Origin: Candidatus Nanohalarchaeota archaeon
GTDB lineage: Archaea > Nanohalarchaeota > Nanosalinia > Nanosalinales > Nanosalinaceae
DNA: 64,000 bases
NCBI GenBank assembly: GCA_022729235.1
Contig: JALDAJ010000001.1
Coordinates: forward strand, 480,001-544,000
Direction: 5' to 3'
The translations under genes were made by a program, and so were the position numbers. Positions 1 through 8,365 of this stretch are shown here, one piece after another (position 1 is the stretch's first letter; every line of letters starts with the position of its first letter). The notes below the pieces were generated by a model, which worked only from the letters and a program-made list of their open reading frames with translations, had not been told where the DNA came from and did no database searches.

Positions 1-1271
1 TGGTATTTTTTCTCCTCGATTTCCAGTATCTCTTTAACCGGGTTTATCTTCTCCTTCAGTTCGGGGAACATCGGCTCCAGTTCCTCTGCGTGCCACTCTA
101 CTACCTCTTTAATATTGATGTCCCATCCGTGGTGTTCGATGAAGTCTTTCGCACGCCTGTAGACCATCCTGAGGTTGTGTCCTCCGCCCGCGTTGCTAGG
201 GATTTTTCCATCAGCTAACGCGAACAGTAATGCGCGGGAATGCTCCGCGACCGAGTAGAGTGCGGCGGAAGGCTTTATCTCGTCCTTCAGTTCGTCGACA
301 TGTATACCCATCTGGTCAGCGACTTTTTCCCATTCTCGGTCGATATCCTCCACCTCGTCAACGTTCAGGAGAGAGGAGTAGGGCAGGAATTCTCGCCACA
401 CATCTTCGTTGACTTCTATCCCTGTCCTCTCCTTCATTTTTCCGAGAACGTCGGGCATCACGCATTCGTAACTGGTCTCTGTTCCGTGTGATATCCAGGT
501 TATCCTTTCCTGTCCCATACCCATGTCCAGCACCTTCAGTTCCAGTTCTTTGTATCCTGTAGGCGTTACCTCGTAGGTCATGTAGACCTGGTTCCATAGC
601 TCCAGTCCGTCCACGAAGAACTCCATCGACGCACCGAGGTTACCTCCTCCGCCCCACGCGTCTTCGTGCAGTATCAGCTTTTTCTGGGGAATGCCGAGTT
701 CTTCTACTGCGAACTCGAACATGTCGCGGAAGTACCTGTCCTGGTCATACTTCTCCGGTGGCTGGAAACAGGTCTGTCCGATGTGGTTATGCAAAACGTA
801 GTGGCGCCCGGTTATACCGACGTTATCGACGTCGTTGAACCTGAGTGAGGGCTGTGGGATTATCAGTTCAGGTGCAGGTGGTTCTGCCTCGCCCGAAACA
901 ACGTAGGGCTGGAAGCAGTATATCGAGCCTTCCACGAACTCCGTGTCATCCCGCCATCTTGCGACTACAGGGTAGCGTCCTACCGGGGTGTATCCCCTGT
1001 CTGACATGAAGTCACGGTATTTCTCCCATGCCTCAACATAGCTGTACTCCTCGCTGGTAGGAGAGTCGCCGATGAACGTGTATCCGCCCGAGCACTCCGG
1101 TTCCCCGCAGACTTCGCGTTCATCTTTGTGGCTCCAGAAGTAGGTTCCACAGTTCTCACATTCACTGCGGTGGAACCCCTTCTCCCTTAGGACGTCTGTC
1201 GCGAAGAACTTGTCCGGGTTCTCCGACGCTTCTTCTCTTATCTCTTGTTTTAATTCGTCGAGCGTGGGCAT
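1..1271 (-). CDS. alaS: Alanyl-tRNA synthetase, archaeal type (N-terminal part; runs off the left edge; alternative start 1277)
   Basis: Manual translation, absent from the ORF track: MPTLDELKQEIREEASENPDKFF...CENCGTYFWS...CGEPEC (Zn motif), YPVVARWRDD..EGSIYCFQP, QPSLRFNDVDNVGITGRH, WGGGGNLG, DMGMGQER, EHSRALLFALADGKIPSNAGGGHNLRMVYRR. Confidence 0.96.
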   Translation of the reverse strand, partial: MPTLDELKQEIREEASENPDKFFATDVLREKGFHRSECENCGTYFWSHKDEREVCGEPECSGGYTFIGDSPTSEEYSYVEAWEKYRDFMSDRGYTPVGRYPVVARWRDDTEFVEGSIYCFQPYVVSGEAEPPAPELIIPQPSLRFNDVDNVGITGRHYVLHNHIGQTCFQPPEKYDQDRYFRDMFEFAVEELGIPQKKLILHEDAWGGGGNLGASMEFFVDGLELWNQVYMTYEVTPTGYKELELKVLDMGMGQERITWISHGTETSYECVMPDVLGKMKERTGIEVNEDVWREFLPYSSLLNVDEVEDIDREWEKVADQMGIHVDELKDEIKPSAALYSVAEHSRALLFALADGKIPSNAGGGHNLRMVYRRAKDFIEHHGWDINIKEVVEWHAEELEPMFPELKEKINPVKEILEIEEKKY

Positions 1272-1309
1272 ATCCATTGGATGTTCGAGAAATTTTTTAT
1301 CAGGTGTGT

Positions 1310-1696
1310 CTACCAAATGACGTTAGTATTTGCAAGGGACGTGATCTCTCTATCCTGTGATATTATGTCCGCTCCTGTTTGTTCTGCAGTGAGAACGATT
1401 ATCTTGTCATGGATTGATAATTCGCGTTTATCGCGGGATAGTCCTCCTGTCAGACGGTGATCTAGGGATTTCATCCTGTAGTTGTTCGATACTTTGAGAT
1501 CGTCCACAATCTTCTCCATCTCAATCCCGTATCCGTGGGATTTGGCTACGTATATCGATTCAGCTACAACTATACTGGGTATTATAACCGTTTTCTCGCC
1601 GTCATCAACTGATTCAAGAATCTTTTCTGCATCATCTCCGAGACGTTCGTCTTCTGTAAGATGCCATAACCATGCGTGAGAGTCCGCAACGAACAT
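1310..1696 (-). CDS. vapC: PIN-domain (VapC) toxin
   Basis: FVADSHAWLW...SIVVAE...LSIHDKIIVLTA...IISQD acidic PIN catalytic pattern. Confidence 0.9.
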   Translation of the reverse strand: MFVADSHAWLWHLTEDERLGDDAEKILESVDDGEKTVIIPSIVVAESIYVAKSHGYGIEMEKIVDDLKVSNNYRMKSLDHRLTGGLSRDKRELSIHDKIIVLTAEQTGADIISQDREITSLANTNVIW

Positions 1697-1699
1697 TTT

Positions 1700-1867
1700 C
1701 TATGTCTCGCCAAACAGGGATTTTTCGGCATCCTCAAAATCTTCTTTATCGAACCGGGCGCCTTCGAGTCGACCTCCCATTCGCACGTCCGTGCCTCTGA
1801 TTTCTGTGCCTAGGTGCCTGAGTTCTTCTTTTATGCTTTCAATCCTACCGAGAACATCCGTTGACAT
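1700..1867 (-). CDS. Putative antitoxin, 55 aa (not in the ORF track)
   Basis: MSTDVLGRIESIKEELRHLGTEIRGTDVRMGGRLEGARFDKEDFEDAEKSLFGET; stop lies 3 nt upstream of the vapC start. Confidence 0.7.
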   Translation of the reverse strand: MSTDVLGRIESIKEELRHLGTEIRGTDVRMGGRLEGARFDKEDFEDAEKSLFGET

Positions 1868-1940
1868 ACTTCCAATTAGAGAGCGACAAATAAATTGCTT
1901 ATCCTCCTGTGGTATACCGAGTTTCCTCTCTACGGGTCTC

Positions 1941-2948
1941 TTATTCCTCTCCTGCTTCCTTCATCTTCTCTGTTGCGTCCTCTATCTTGTCCTTGATGTC
2001 CAGGCTGAGCTCACCTTCTTCCGGTTCCTCGAAATCCTGGTCCTGTAAAGGTGTTATACCGCCTACCTCGGATAGGACTGTTGTCAGGTCCTGCTCGGTG
2101 TCGACTATGTATTTCGAGCCGTTTCTGAGCGAGTCTACAACGGTCTCCAGTTTCTTGTACTCCTGTGCCTCGCCTTTGAAGTGGTTTCTGATGGCGTTGT
2201 TGACCACTTTGATCTCGTTTGCCTCTGCCTCCGCACGTAACTCGATAGCTGTTGCGTCTCCTTCTGCTTCAAGGATAGCTGCCTGTTTCTGTCCTTCTGC
2301 CTCCTCGATGGCAGCCTTTTTCTTTCCTCGCGCCTCTATCTCCACTGCTTTGGCATCGTCCTGGGCCGCGTCCTTCCTGTTCTCCGCCTTTAAAATCTCG
2401 TTCATCGACTCCTGTACGTCGCCGGGCGGTGTTATCTCCTTCATCTCCACTCTTACTACATCGATTCCCCACGCGTCTGTGTCATCCTCCAGCTCCTCGT
2501 GTAATGTTTGATTTATCTTCTGCCTCTCCGAGTTCACTTCCTCGAACTCCTTTGTACCTATAACGTTCCTTGCGGTGGTCTGCGCGAGTCTTGTTATCTG
2601 TTTCTCGTAGTCGTCGACGTTGTAGAACGACCTCTTCACGTCTTCCTCGTTCGCCCTTACCTGGTAGTACACATCCAGGTCGACGTTTGCGTTGAGGTTT
2701 TCTTTCGTAATCATGTCGCTGGGCTGTACGTTCTTCATCTGCTCCGTGATGTTGCGTTTGTACATCCTGTCCGCCCAAGGGATCAGGAAATGTATCCCGG
2801 GGTCGCAGTAGCGGTGGTAGTCTCCGAACCGTTCGATAACCGCTCTCTGGTCAGGTCGGACTATTTTGAATGTCGAGAACGTTATAGCGGTCAGTGCCAG
2901 TATGGATACGATTATAAGCCAGTTAGGGATTGCCGCGAGCATACACAT
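1941..2948 (-). CDS. SPFH/band 7 (stomatin/prohibitin-like) membrane protein
   Basis: N-terminal TM, IVRPDQRAVIERFG, MITKEN, DAWGIDVVRVEMKEITPP, AEG-repeat coiled coil. Confidence 0.93.
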   Translation of the reverse strand: MCMLAAIPNWLIIVSILALTAITFSTFKIVRPDQRAVIERFGDYHRYCDPGIHFLIPWADRMYKRNITEQMKNVQPSDMITKENLNANVDLDVYYQVRANEEDVKRSFYNVDDYEKQITRLAQTTARNVIGTKEFEEVNSERQKINQTLHEELEDDTDAWGIDVVRVEMKEITPPGDVQESMNEILKAENRKDAAQDDAKAVEIEARGKKKAAIEEAEGQKQAAILEAEGDATAIELRAEAEANEIKVVNNAIRNHFKGEAQEYKKLETVVDSLRNGSKYIVDTEQDLTTVLSEVGGITPLQDQDFEEPEEGELSLDIKDKIEDATEKMKEAGEE

Positions 2949-3033
2949 GTTATTGGCGCTGGAGTGATTTAATAGTCGGGACTGGAGGGATCAAAAAGTC
3001 TTGATAGAAAGAAAAATAAATGGGTAGAGAACT

Positions 3034-3348
3034 CTAGAACAGTTCTCCAAGTCCTTCTGCTGCTTCTTCTTCTGAGGCTGCGTCTTCGTCTTCTTCATCT
3101 TCCTCGTCTTCTTCCTCTTCTGCTTCTTCTTCAGCTGCGTCTGCTGCAGGTGCTGCGGCTGCACCGCCTGCTGCGACAGCTGTTTCCATTGCTTCTTCGA
3201 TGTCAACGTCCTCGAGTGCAGCGACTAGTGCCTTGACTTCTGAACTGTCAACGTCAAGACCTGCTGCATCGACGATTGCTTCGAGGTTGTCCTCTGTTAC
3301 TTCTTCTCCTGCCTCATGAAGTGTAAGTGCTGCGTAAACTAGTTCCAT
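3034..3348 (-). CDS. rpl12: 50S ribosomal stalk protein P1/L12
   Basis: [14 protein letters not shown]..., Ala-rich hinge, acidic tail ending AAEGLGELF; SD AGGTGA upstream. Confidence 0.97.
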   Translation of the reverse strand: MELVYAALTLHEAGEEVTEDNLEAIVDAAGLDVDSSEVKALVAALEDVDIEEAMETAVAAGGAAAAPAADAAEEEAEEEEDEEDEEDEDAASEEEAAEGLGELF

Positions 3349-3417
3349 CTTTGTTTCACCTTTGCCTCAGTCCTCGCAAGTGAGACTTAAAAAGGTGTAC
3401 TACATAGCTGATTACAA

Positions 3418-4122
3418 ATGAAGTTAGAATGTTTACCCAGCAGTATACGCGTGAAGCTTGATGAAGAGGGAGAAAAAGAGCTATGGCAGAAGGTCGATGG
3501 TAGAGGAGGCGTCAAGAGGTTCTGCCGGGATACAGGTTTCAGTGCATCTGATGTCTACAACTGGAAGAATAAGGATGTGTTCTACCCGGTTGACTTCGTT
3601 GTTGAGTTGCTTGGTGAAGGCTCGGAAAGTTTTGTAACGGCTTTCAAGGGCGGTGGCAGAAGTCTCCCTGTCAGGAACCCTCGTTTCCCTTTAGATATCG
3701 GCGATGAGCTTTTGACAAGAATCGACTGCTCTGTAAGTGTTAACCGGGAAGGTGTCCCGGTTTATCGCTCCCAGGAGCTTTCGCTTATCGAACGTTTCAG
3801 GGAGCTTCTGTCCGGAATAGGTGACGTACCTGTCTCAGTTTACAGCAGGAGCGGTTACGAGTTGCGTTATCCCAAGTACCTGCACAAGGTATTCCAGGCG
3901 ATAGATTACGAGGTTGATTTTGCAGTGCTTGTTGATGAGAGAGGTGAGATAGAGAACGGCAAAGTAAGGGTGGGAGGTAGGGCTATTCCTGTGGAAGAGT
4001 TCCAGGGTGATCTTTACTCCCGTGAGAAACGTTTCCGGCTGGCGCTTGAGAGAGGTGATTCAGGTGAAGTTTCGAGGATCCTGGGCGAGGAACGTGGAAA
4101 GGTCCGGGACGCACTGCTTTAG
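3418..4122 (+). CDS. Hypothetical protein: N-terminal HTH-like region plus degenerate LAGLIDADG-like domain
   Basis: 234 aa ORF; FCRDTGFSASDVYNWKN resembles an HTH; PRFPLDIGDELL...VYRSQELSLIERFRELLSGIG...YP resembles the DOD/LAGLIDADG scaffold without the GDG catalytic motif. Confidence 0.5.
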   Translation: MKLECLPSSIRVKLDEEGEKELWQKVDGRGGVKRFCRDTGFSASDVYNWKNKDVFYPVDFVVELLGEGSESFVTAFKGGGRSLPVRNPRFPLDIGDELLTRIDCSVSVNREGVPVYRSQELSLIERFRELLSGIGDVPVSVYSRSGYELRYPKYLHKVFQAIDYEVDFAVLVDERGEIENGKVRVGGRAIPVEEFQGDLYSREKRFRLALERGDSGEVSRILGEERGKVRDALL

Positions 4123-4403
4123 TTGCCAGAATCGTCTGGAGCAGGCATCGCCGCTTTGAGCACTTCCTGTCCTGATTCACCTGCTACTTCTCTGCAGTCT
4201 TCATCCATCGCACCCAACCTGTTTTCGTTGATGGTTCCATCTCCTTGTATAACCTGCTGTCTCTGGAACTCACACCTTTCCTCACCGTGCTGGTCCGTGG
4301 TTTCTCCAAAGTCCCCGAGTATCGTTGTTCCCATCGTTAAGACTACTACTGCAGCTATCATAACTACGACCGCTGACATAATCACAGCTACTGTCTGGTT
4401 CAT
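4119..4403 (-). CDS. Small membrane-anchored pilin-like protein
   Basis: N-terminal hydrophobic helix (VAVIMSAVVVMIAAVVVL), two Cys; ATGA overlap with the upstream gene. Confidence 0.55.
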   Translation of the reverse strand: MNQTVAVIMSAVVVMIAAVVVLTMGTTILGDFGETTDQHGEERCEFQRQQVIQGDGTINENRLGAMDEDCREVAGESGQEVLKAAMPAPDDSGN

Positions 4404-5551
4404 TCTGTACCTACTCCTCCGCTTCCCCCACCGCCATTACTGTCTCCGTTACCAGAGGTGTCCTCATCTCCGGTGTCTTCATCCTCTGTTTCTTCCTCGT
4501 CTTCAGAGGGTTCCTCTCCGGTTTCTTCTTCGTCTTCTATCTCGGGTTCGTCCAGGAAGTCGTTCTGGGTGCAGTAACCAGTATTTTCGTGGTCGTAGTC
4601 ATCCGCCCATTCGCAGTAGCTCTCGGTTGTTTCTTGCACCTCGCTGCATTCGTCTGCTTCAGGTCCGGAGGTGAGGCATCCGAAGAGTTCGTTTTGTGCG
4701 CAGTCAACCATTTCGTCTACATCGTTGCTGTAACCTTCTTCTAGGCACCAGTTTTGCCACTGGTAGCCGAGGTCTATTTCGGTACCTGTTTCCCCGTCAT
4801 CTCCGTTATCGCCGTTTCCCGGGCTTTCTGCGCCAGAGTCTCTGAGTTTTTCTAGCTTCTCCCAGTCCACGTTCTGGCTGCCAATAGGGCCTTGTTCATC
4901 TGTGAGCCACTCAGGGCATTCGTAGGGGTCAGGGTTCCAGTAGCCGCTGTCCCAGGAGGGGGCAAGTATCATTCGTTCGTTGAATTCGCCGTATCCGGTG
5001 GGGTAGAAATCTGTGTGGTCGTAGCAGCCATCGCTGGGGTAGGGGCTGGGTGTGTCCTCGGTGATTATTACGTTACCCTGGTTGTCTTGCCCTGTATTTG
5101 CTGCCTCAAAGCCCTGTCCGGGATCGCTGATACCGTCTAAATCGTCTTCAAGCCTATCTTTTTCTAGGTCCTGCATGTTGTTGTATCTTACTTTAACGTC
5201 ATCGTTGTATCCTTCTTCCACTGCTTGCTGCCGGACCTGTTTGATGGCGTCTTCAACGCTTATCGGCTTTTCCACTTCGAGATCGTATAGGTAGTCGGGA
5301 TCTACCGATGCGAGCGCCGCCCATTCTGCGGTATTCAGTTCTGCATCCTCTTCTATCAATTGTCCTGAGATATGTTCTACATCTTCTGGAGTGTCTTCTG
5401 CATCACCGGTAAAAAACTCTACTGCAGAATCGATGATTCCCTGTCCGGTGTTCACCGCTGTTGAAACCGCGCCCTGTCCGGGATAAGCTGTCCCTAGTGA
5501 TACGAGTAGAACTATTGAAAGAGCTAGTACGGGAAGCTTTTCCGCGTCCAT
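4400..5551 (-). CDS. Secreted acidic Cys-rich hypothetical protein
   Basis: Signal peptide (LPVLALSIVLLVSLGTA), Cys-rich segment, D/E/G-rich C-terminal tail. Confidence 0.7.
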   Translation of the reverse strand: MDAEKLPVLALSIVLLVSLGTAYPGQGAVSTAVNTGQGIIDSAVEFFTGDAEDTPEDVEHISGQLIEEDAELNTAEWAALASVDPDYLYDLEVEKPISVEDAIKQVRQQAVEEGYNDDVKVRYNNMQDLEKDRLEDDLDGISDPGQGFEAANTGQDNQGNVIITEDTPSPYPSDGCYDHTDFYPTGYGEFNERMILAPSWDSGYWNPDPYECPEWLTDEQGPIGSQNVDWEKLEKLRDSGAESPGNGDNGDDGETGTEIDLGYQWQNWCLEEGYSNDVDEMVDCAQNELFGCLTSGPEADECSEVQETTESYCEWADDYDHENTGYCTQNDFLDEPEIEDEEETGEEPSEDEEETEDEDTGDEDTSGNGDSNGGGGSGGVGTE

Positions 5552-5593
5552 AAGTAATTGATAAGAAAAGAGTTATTGAAATAGGTTGAGGAG

Positions 5594-6613
5594 TTATTCC
5601 TCGTCCGCTTCTCCGTCATCACTGTCTTCTGCTTCATCTTCTGTTTCTTCACTGCTATCCTCTTCATCCTCTTCTTCCTCACTTGGTTCTTCTGCTTCAT
5701 CTTCTGTCTCTTCACTGCTATCCTGTGAGTCCTCTTCTCCGATTTCTACGTCTTCGAGGTCGAGTTCCGCGTCAACGCTTTCAGCTCTTCCAGCTGCGAG
5801 CGAGATGATTTCTTCGACTGTGTCTTCTGTTGCTACACCTTCGCTGATGGAAAGGTTGCGTGCCTTTGTAACTGCCTGTGAGATGACTGTTGGCGCAGTT
5901 CTTTCCGTGGTGTATCCTGCGTTGACTGCAAGGTTGAATGCTCTGGAGGCTGCGAATTCGACGTTGTCTGTGTACTCTTCTACGTCGATGTCGAGGTCTT
6001 CCGCCTCGAAGAGTTCTCCTTCGCTCAGGACTACGTCGAGATCGAGTCCGATTTCCAGTGGTTCGATACCCATCTGGTTGAGGATTTCAGCGTCTTCGCC
6101 CGTGATGACTTCTCCCTGTTCGACGATGACTCCTGCCTGTTGTACGTGGATGGAGCCGTCATCGACCTGTACGTTGAGTCCTGCCTGCTGTAGCTTTCCA
6201 AGCATCGGTCCGGGACCGATTCCGGTGTCCCCTTCGGATACTTCAATGTCGTTAGGTGCTACTTCTCCGCCCTGTGCCGCTGCGCTTGTCTTATTCTCCT
6301 GCAGCAGTCTGTAGAGCTGGAACGGGTCTTTCTCGGAGAAGATGAATGCGGGTTGTATAGCATCGTTTTCTTCCAGTTGTTCCACGCCTTCCTTGCTCGC
6401 GTTGTCTATCGCGAGGTCCATGAGTGTTTTCCGGGACATCTTGATGTCCGCGAACTCTTTCATGTCCTTCTTCATCTCTTGAAGTTGACGGGAGGGTAGG
6501 TTGTGCATGTCAAGGATTCCTACTACAGGGTGTTCCTCGATCTTCTGCCTGAACTCCTCTACTTTTTCCTCCTTCTGTTCGCGGGTCATCTGCTTCGGCT
6601 TTGGCTGAACCAT
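5594..6613 (-). CDS. rpl10: 50S ribosomal protein L10/P0
   Basis: LPSRQLQEMKK, KTSAAAQGGEVAPNDIEVSEGDTGIGPGPMLG, MGIEPLEIGL; operon context. Confidence 0.97.
   Translation of the reverse strand: MVQPKPKQMTREQKEEKVEEFRQKIEEHPVVGILDMHNLPSRQLQEMKKDMKEFADIKMSRKTLMDLAIDNASKEGVEQLEENDAIQPAFIFSEKDPFQLYRLLQENKTSAAAQGGEVAPNDIEVSEGDTGIGPGPMLGKLQQAGLNVQVDDGSIHVQQAGVIVEQGEVITGEDAEILNQMGIEPLEIGLDLDVVLSEGELFEAEDLDIDVEEYTDNVEFAASRAFNLAVNAGYTTERTAPTVISQAVTKARNLSISEGVATEDTVEEIISLAAGRAESVDAELDLEDVEIGEEDSQDSSEETEDEAEEPSEEEEDEEDSSEETEDEAEDSDDGEADEE
5625..5724. repeat. 37-nt direct repeat (two copies, period 63 nt) in the acidic tail of rpl10
   Basis: tcttctgcttcatcttctgt(t/c)tcttcactgctatcct at 5625-5661 and 5688-5724, encoding DSSEETEDEAE twice. 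Confidence 0.9.
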
Positions 6614-6668
6614 TACTCGAAGTCACCTCGTGTCTTCTCAGTGACACAGAAAATCTTTGATTTTCGCA
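6614..6668 (-). promoter_or_regulatory. Tandem-hairpin leader of rpl10 containing the SD
   Basis: mRNA sense: CGAAAATC-AAA-GATTTTCT, then GAAG-A-CAC-GAG-GTG-A-CTTC enclosing AGGTGA. Confidence 0.7.
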
Positions 6669-7295
6669 TCACTGGTTCACCTCCACGCAAGGACCCATGG
6701 TAGTCTTTACAAGCACAGATTTTACGTTGTTCGTGCCCTGTGGGAGTTCGCCCTCGACAAAGTCATAGACCGCGCTTGCATTCCTGGCGACGTTTTCCGC
6801 GTCCTGCTCCTCGTTACCGATTTTGAGGTGGATGACTGGGTCTTCCTTGAGCCTTACTGTTATCGTGTTCCTGAGTGACTCTATCTGGTCTGTAGGGTCG
6901 CTTCCAGGAGGCATCGGGTCAGGCATCATGTTCCGCGGACCGAAAACCTGTCCGAGGTGCTGACCGATGTCAGGCATCAGTGGTGCCTCCGCGATTATGA
7001 AGCTCATCTCTTCTGCGAGATCTTTTGCGAGATCTGGGTTTTCGAAGTACTCTTCCAGCTCGTCTCCTGTTATCTCTTTATCCGCGTTTTCAGCGTTGTT
7101 TACGAGAGTGTCTCCGATTACTGCTATCTTGACTTCTTCATCGGCCTGGTAAGGTAGTTTTATGTCCTCGTTGAACCTGTTGCTAGCATCGCCCAGGTCA
7201 AGGTCCCTGAAGTTGATGACAAGGTCAACGCTCTCCGCGAAGTTCCTGTTCTCTGATTCTTCTACCGCTTTTTCAACTGCTTCCTGGAAATTCAC
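6669..7295 (-). CDS. rpl1: 50S ribosomal protein L1 (GTG start)
   Basis: RNFAESVDLVINFRDLD, IAEAPLMPDIGQHLGQVFGPRNMMP, NVKSVLVKTTMGP. Confidence 0.97.
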   Translation of the reverse strand: MNFQEAVEKAVEESENRNFAESVDLVINFRDLDLGDASNRFNEDIKLPYQADEEVKIAVIGDTLVNNAENADKEITGDELEEYFENPDLAKDLAEEMSFIIAEAPLMPDIGQHLGQVFGPRNMMPDPMPPGSDPTDQIESLRNTITVRLKEDPVIHLKIGNEEQDAENVARNASAVYDFVEGELPQGTNNVKSVLVKTTMGPCVEVNQ

Positions 7296-7362
7296 TCGAA
7301 ATCACCTTGTGATTCGAAGGTTCTGCGAACCTTCTGCGAGAAAATCTTTGATTTTCGGGTCA
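7296..7362 (-). promoter_or_regulatory. Triple-hairpin leader of rpl1 containing the SD
   Basis: mRNA sense: CGAAAATC-AAA-GATTTTCT, GAAGGTTC-GCA-GAACCTTC, TCGAATCAC-AAG-GTGATTTCGA. Confidence 0.7.
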
Positions 7363-7860
7363 TTATTCTATCCCCTCCTCTTTTTCGAGTTGTCCCTCGT
7401 ATTCTCCTTCGTCGATTTCTTGCTGGACATCGTATGCGTCTTTTCCGTCCACTGTGATTCCCATCGACTGTGCGCTACCGAGTATTTCTTTCACTGCGCC
7501 CCTGAGATCCATGGCGTTTAGGTCGCTGGATTTCATCCGGGCTACTTTGCAGGCGGTCTCGAACTCCATGTCTGCAACCTTGTTAACGTTTGGTTCTCCT
7601 GACCCGGACTCGATTCCCAGTTCATCCTTGATAAGTGCGGCAGCAGGAGGTTTTCCGACCTCTATCTCGAAGTCGCCTGTCTCCTCGTCTACTATAACCT
7701 CTACGGGTACTTCCATCCCATCGAAGTCTCCGGTTGCATCGTTAATCGCGTTTACAACTTCTCCTACGTCGATTCCTTCCATAGGCGCCAGACTTGGACC
7801 TAGTGGAGGTCCGGCGCTTGCGCTTCCACCTTCTACGAGTAAATCTATTGTTTCTGTCAC
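7363..7860 (-). CDS. rpl11: 50S ribosomal protein L11 (GTG start)
   Basis: LVEGGSASAGPPLGPSL, EVGKPPAAALIK, KEILGSAQSMGITV. Confidence 0.97.
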   Translation of the reverse strand: MTETIDLLVEGGSASAGPPLGPSLAPMEGIDVGEVVNAINDATGDFDGMEVPVEVIVDEETGDFEIEVGKPPAAALIKDELGIESGSGEPNVNKVADMEFETACKVARMKSSDLNAMDLRGAVKEILGSAQSMGITVDGKDAYDVQQEIDEGEYEGQLEKEEGIE

Positions 7861-7911
7861 TCGAAAATCACCTGGTGATTTTCTGCAAATCCAGAATCTC
7901 TTTGAGTTCCG
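7861..7911 (-). promoter_or_regulatory. Tandem-hairpin leader of rpl11 containing the SD
   Basis: mRNA sense: GGAACTC-AAA-GAGATTC (imperfect), then GAAAATCAC-CAG-GTGATTTTC enclosing AGGTGA. Confidence 0.7.
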
Positions 7912-7932
7912 TACATAGTATTTTTTCCACCT

Positions 7933-8364
7933 TTAGCTTGATTTCCTGCGGACCATGTCGATGTCGACTGTTGTCGGTATCGGTACTGCCGCGTCCAGTA
8001 GTTCTATTGTTACTTCCCGGTTTGTCTCGTCAACCCTGTTGACTTTGGCTTCCTCTCCCTTGAATGCGCCACCGACCACTTCCACCTGGTCGCCGACTTC
8101 GATCTTGATTTCTTTCTCCTCGTCTTTCAGGTACTTCTCTATCTCGTCCACATCCACTTCGTCGTTGATGATTCCTCTGAGATGTCTTATATCGTTGGAG
8201 AGCTGTTTGATGTCGCCTTCTTTACCCTCGATGAAGATGTATCCTTTCAGTTCTTCTGGGTGAAAGACCGCTCTCACATCGAACTCTTCATTCTTTATCT
8301 TCGACTTCATCTCGTTTATCGCGGTCTTCTCGCGTCCTCTCGTGGTTCTTGCGGTGAGTATCAT
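7933..8364 (-). CDS. spt5: Transcription elongation factor Spt5/NusG
   Basis: RTTRGREK, LKGYIFIE, KOW motif GDQVEVVGGAFKGEEAKV, AAVPIP. Confidence 0.96.
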   Translation of the reverse strand: MILTARTTRGREKTAINEMKSKIKNEEFDVRAVFHPEELKGYIFIEGKEGDIKQLSNDIRHLRGIINDEVDVDEIEKYLKDEEKEIKIEVGDQVEVVGGAFKGEEAKVNRVDETNREVTIELLDAAVPIPTTVDIDMVRRKSS

Positions 8365-8365
8365 C

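Noticed and set aside
230-1165. Short ORFs listed in the track at the left edge
   Set aside because: Shadow frames of alaS, which the track missed because it runs off the window
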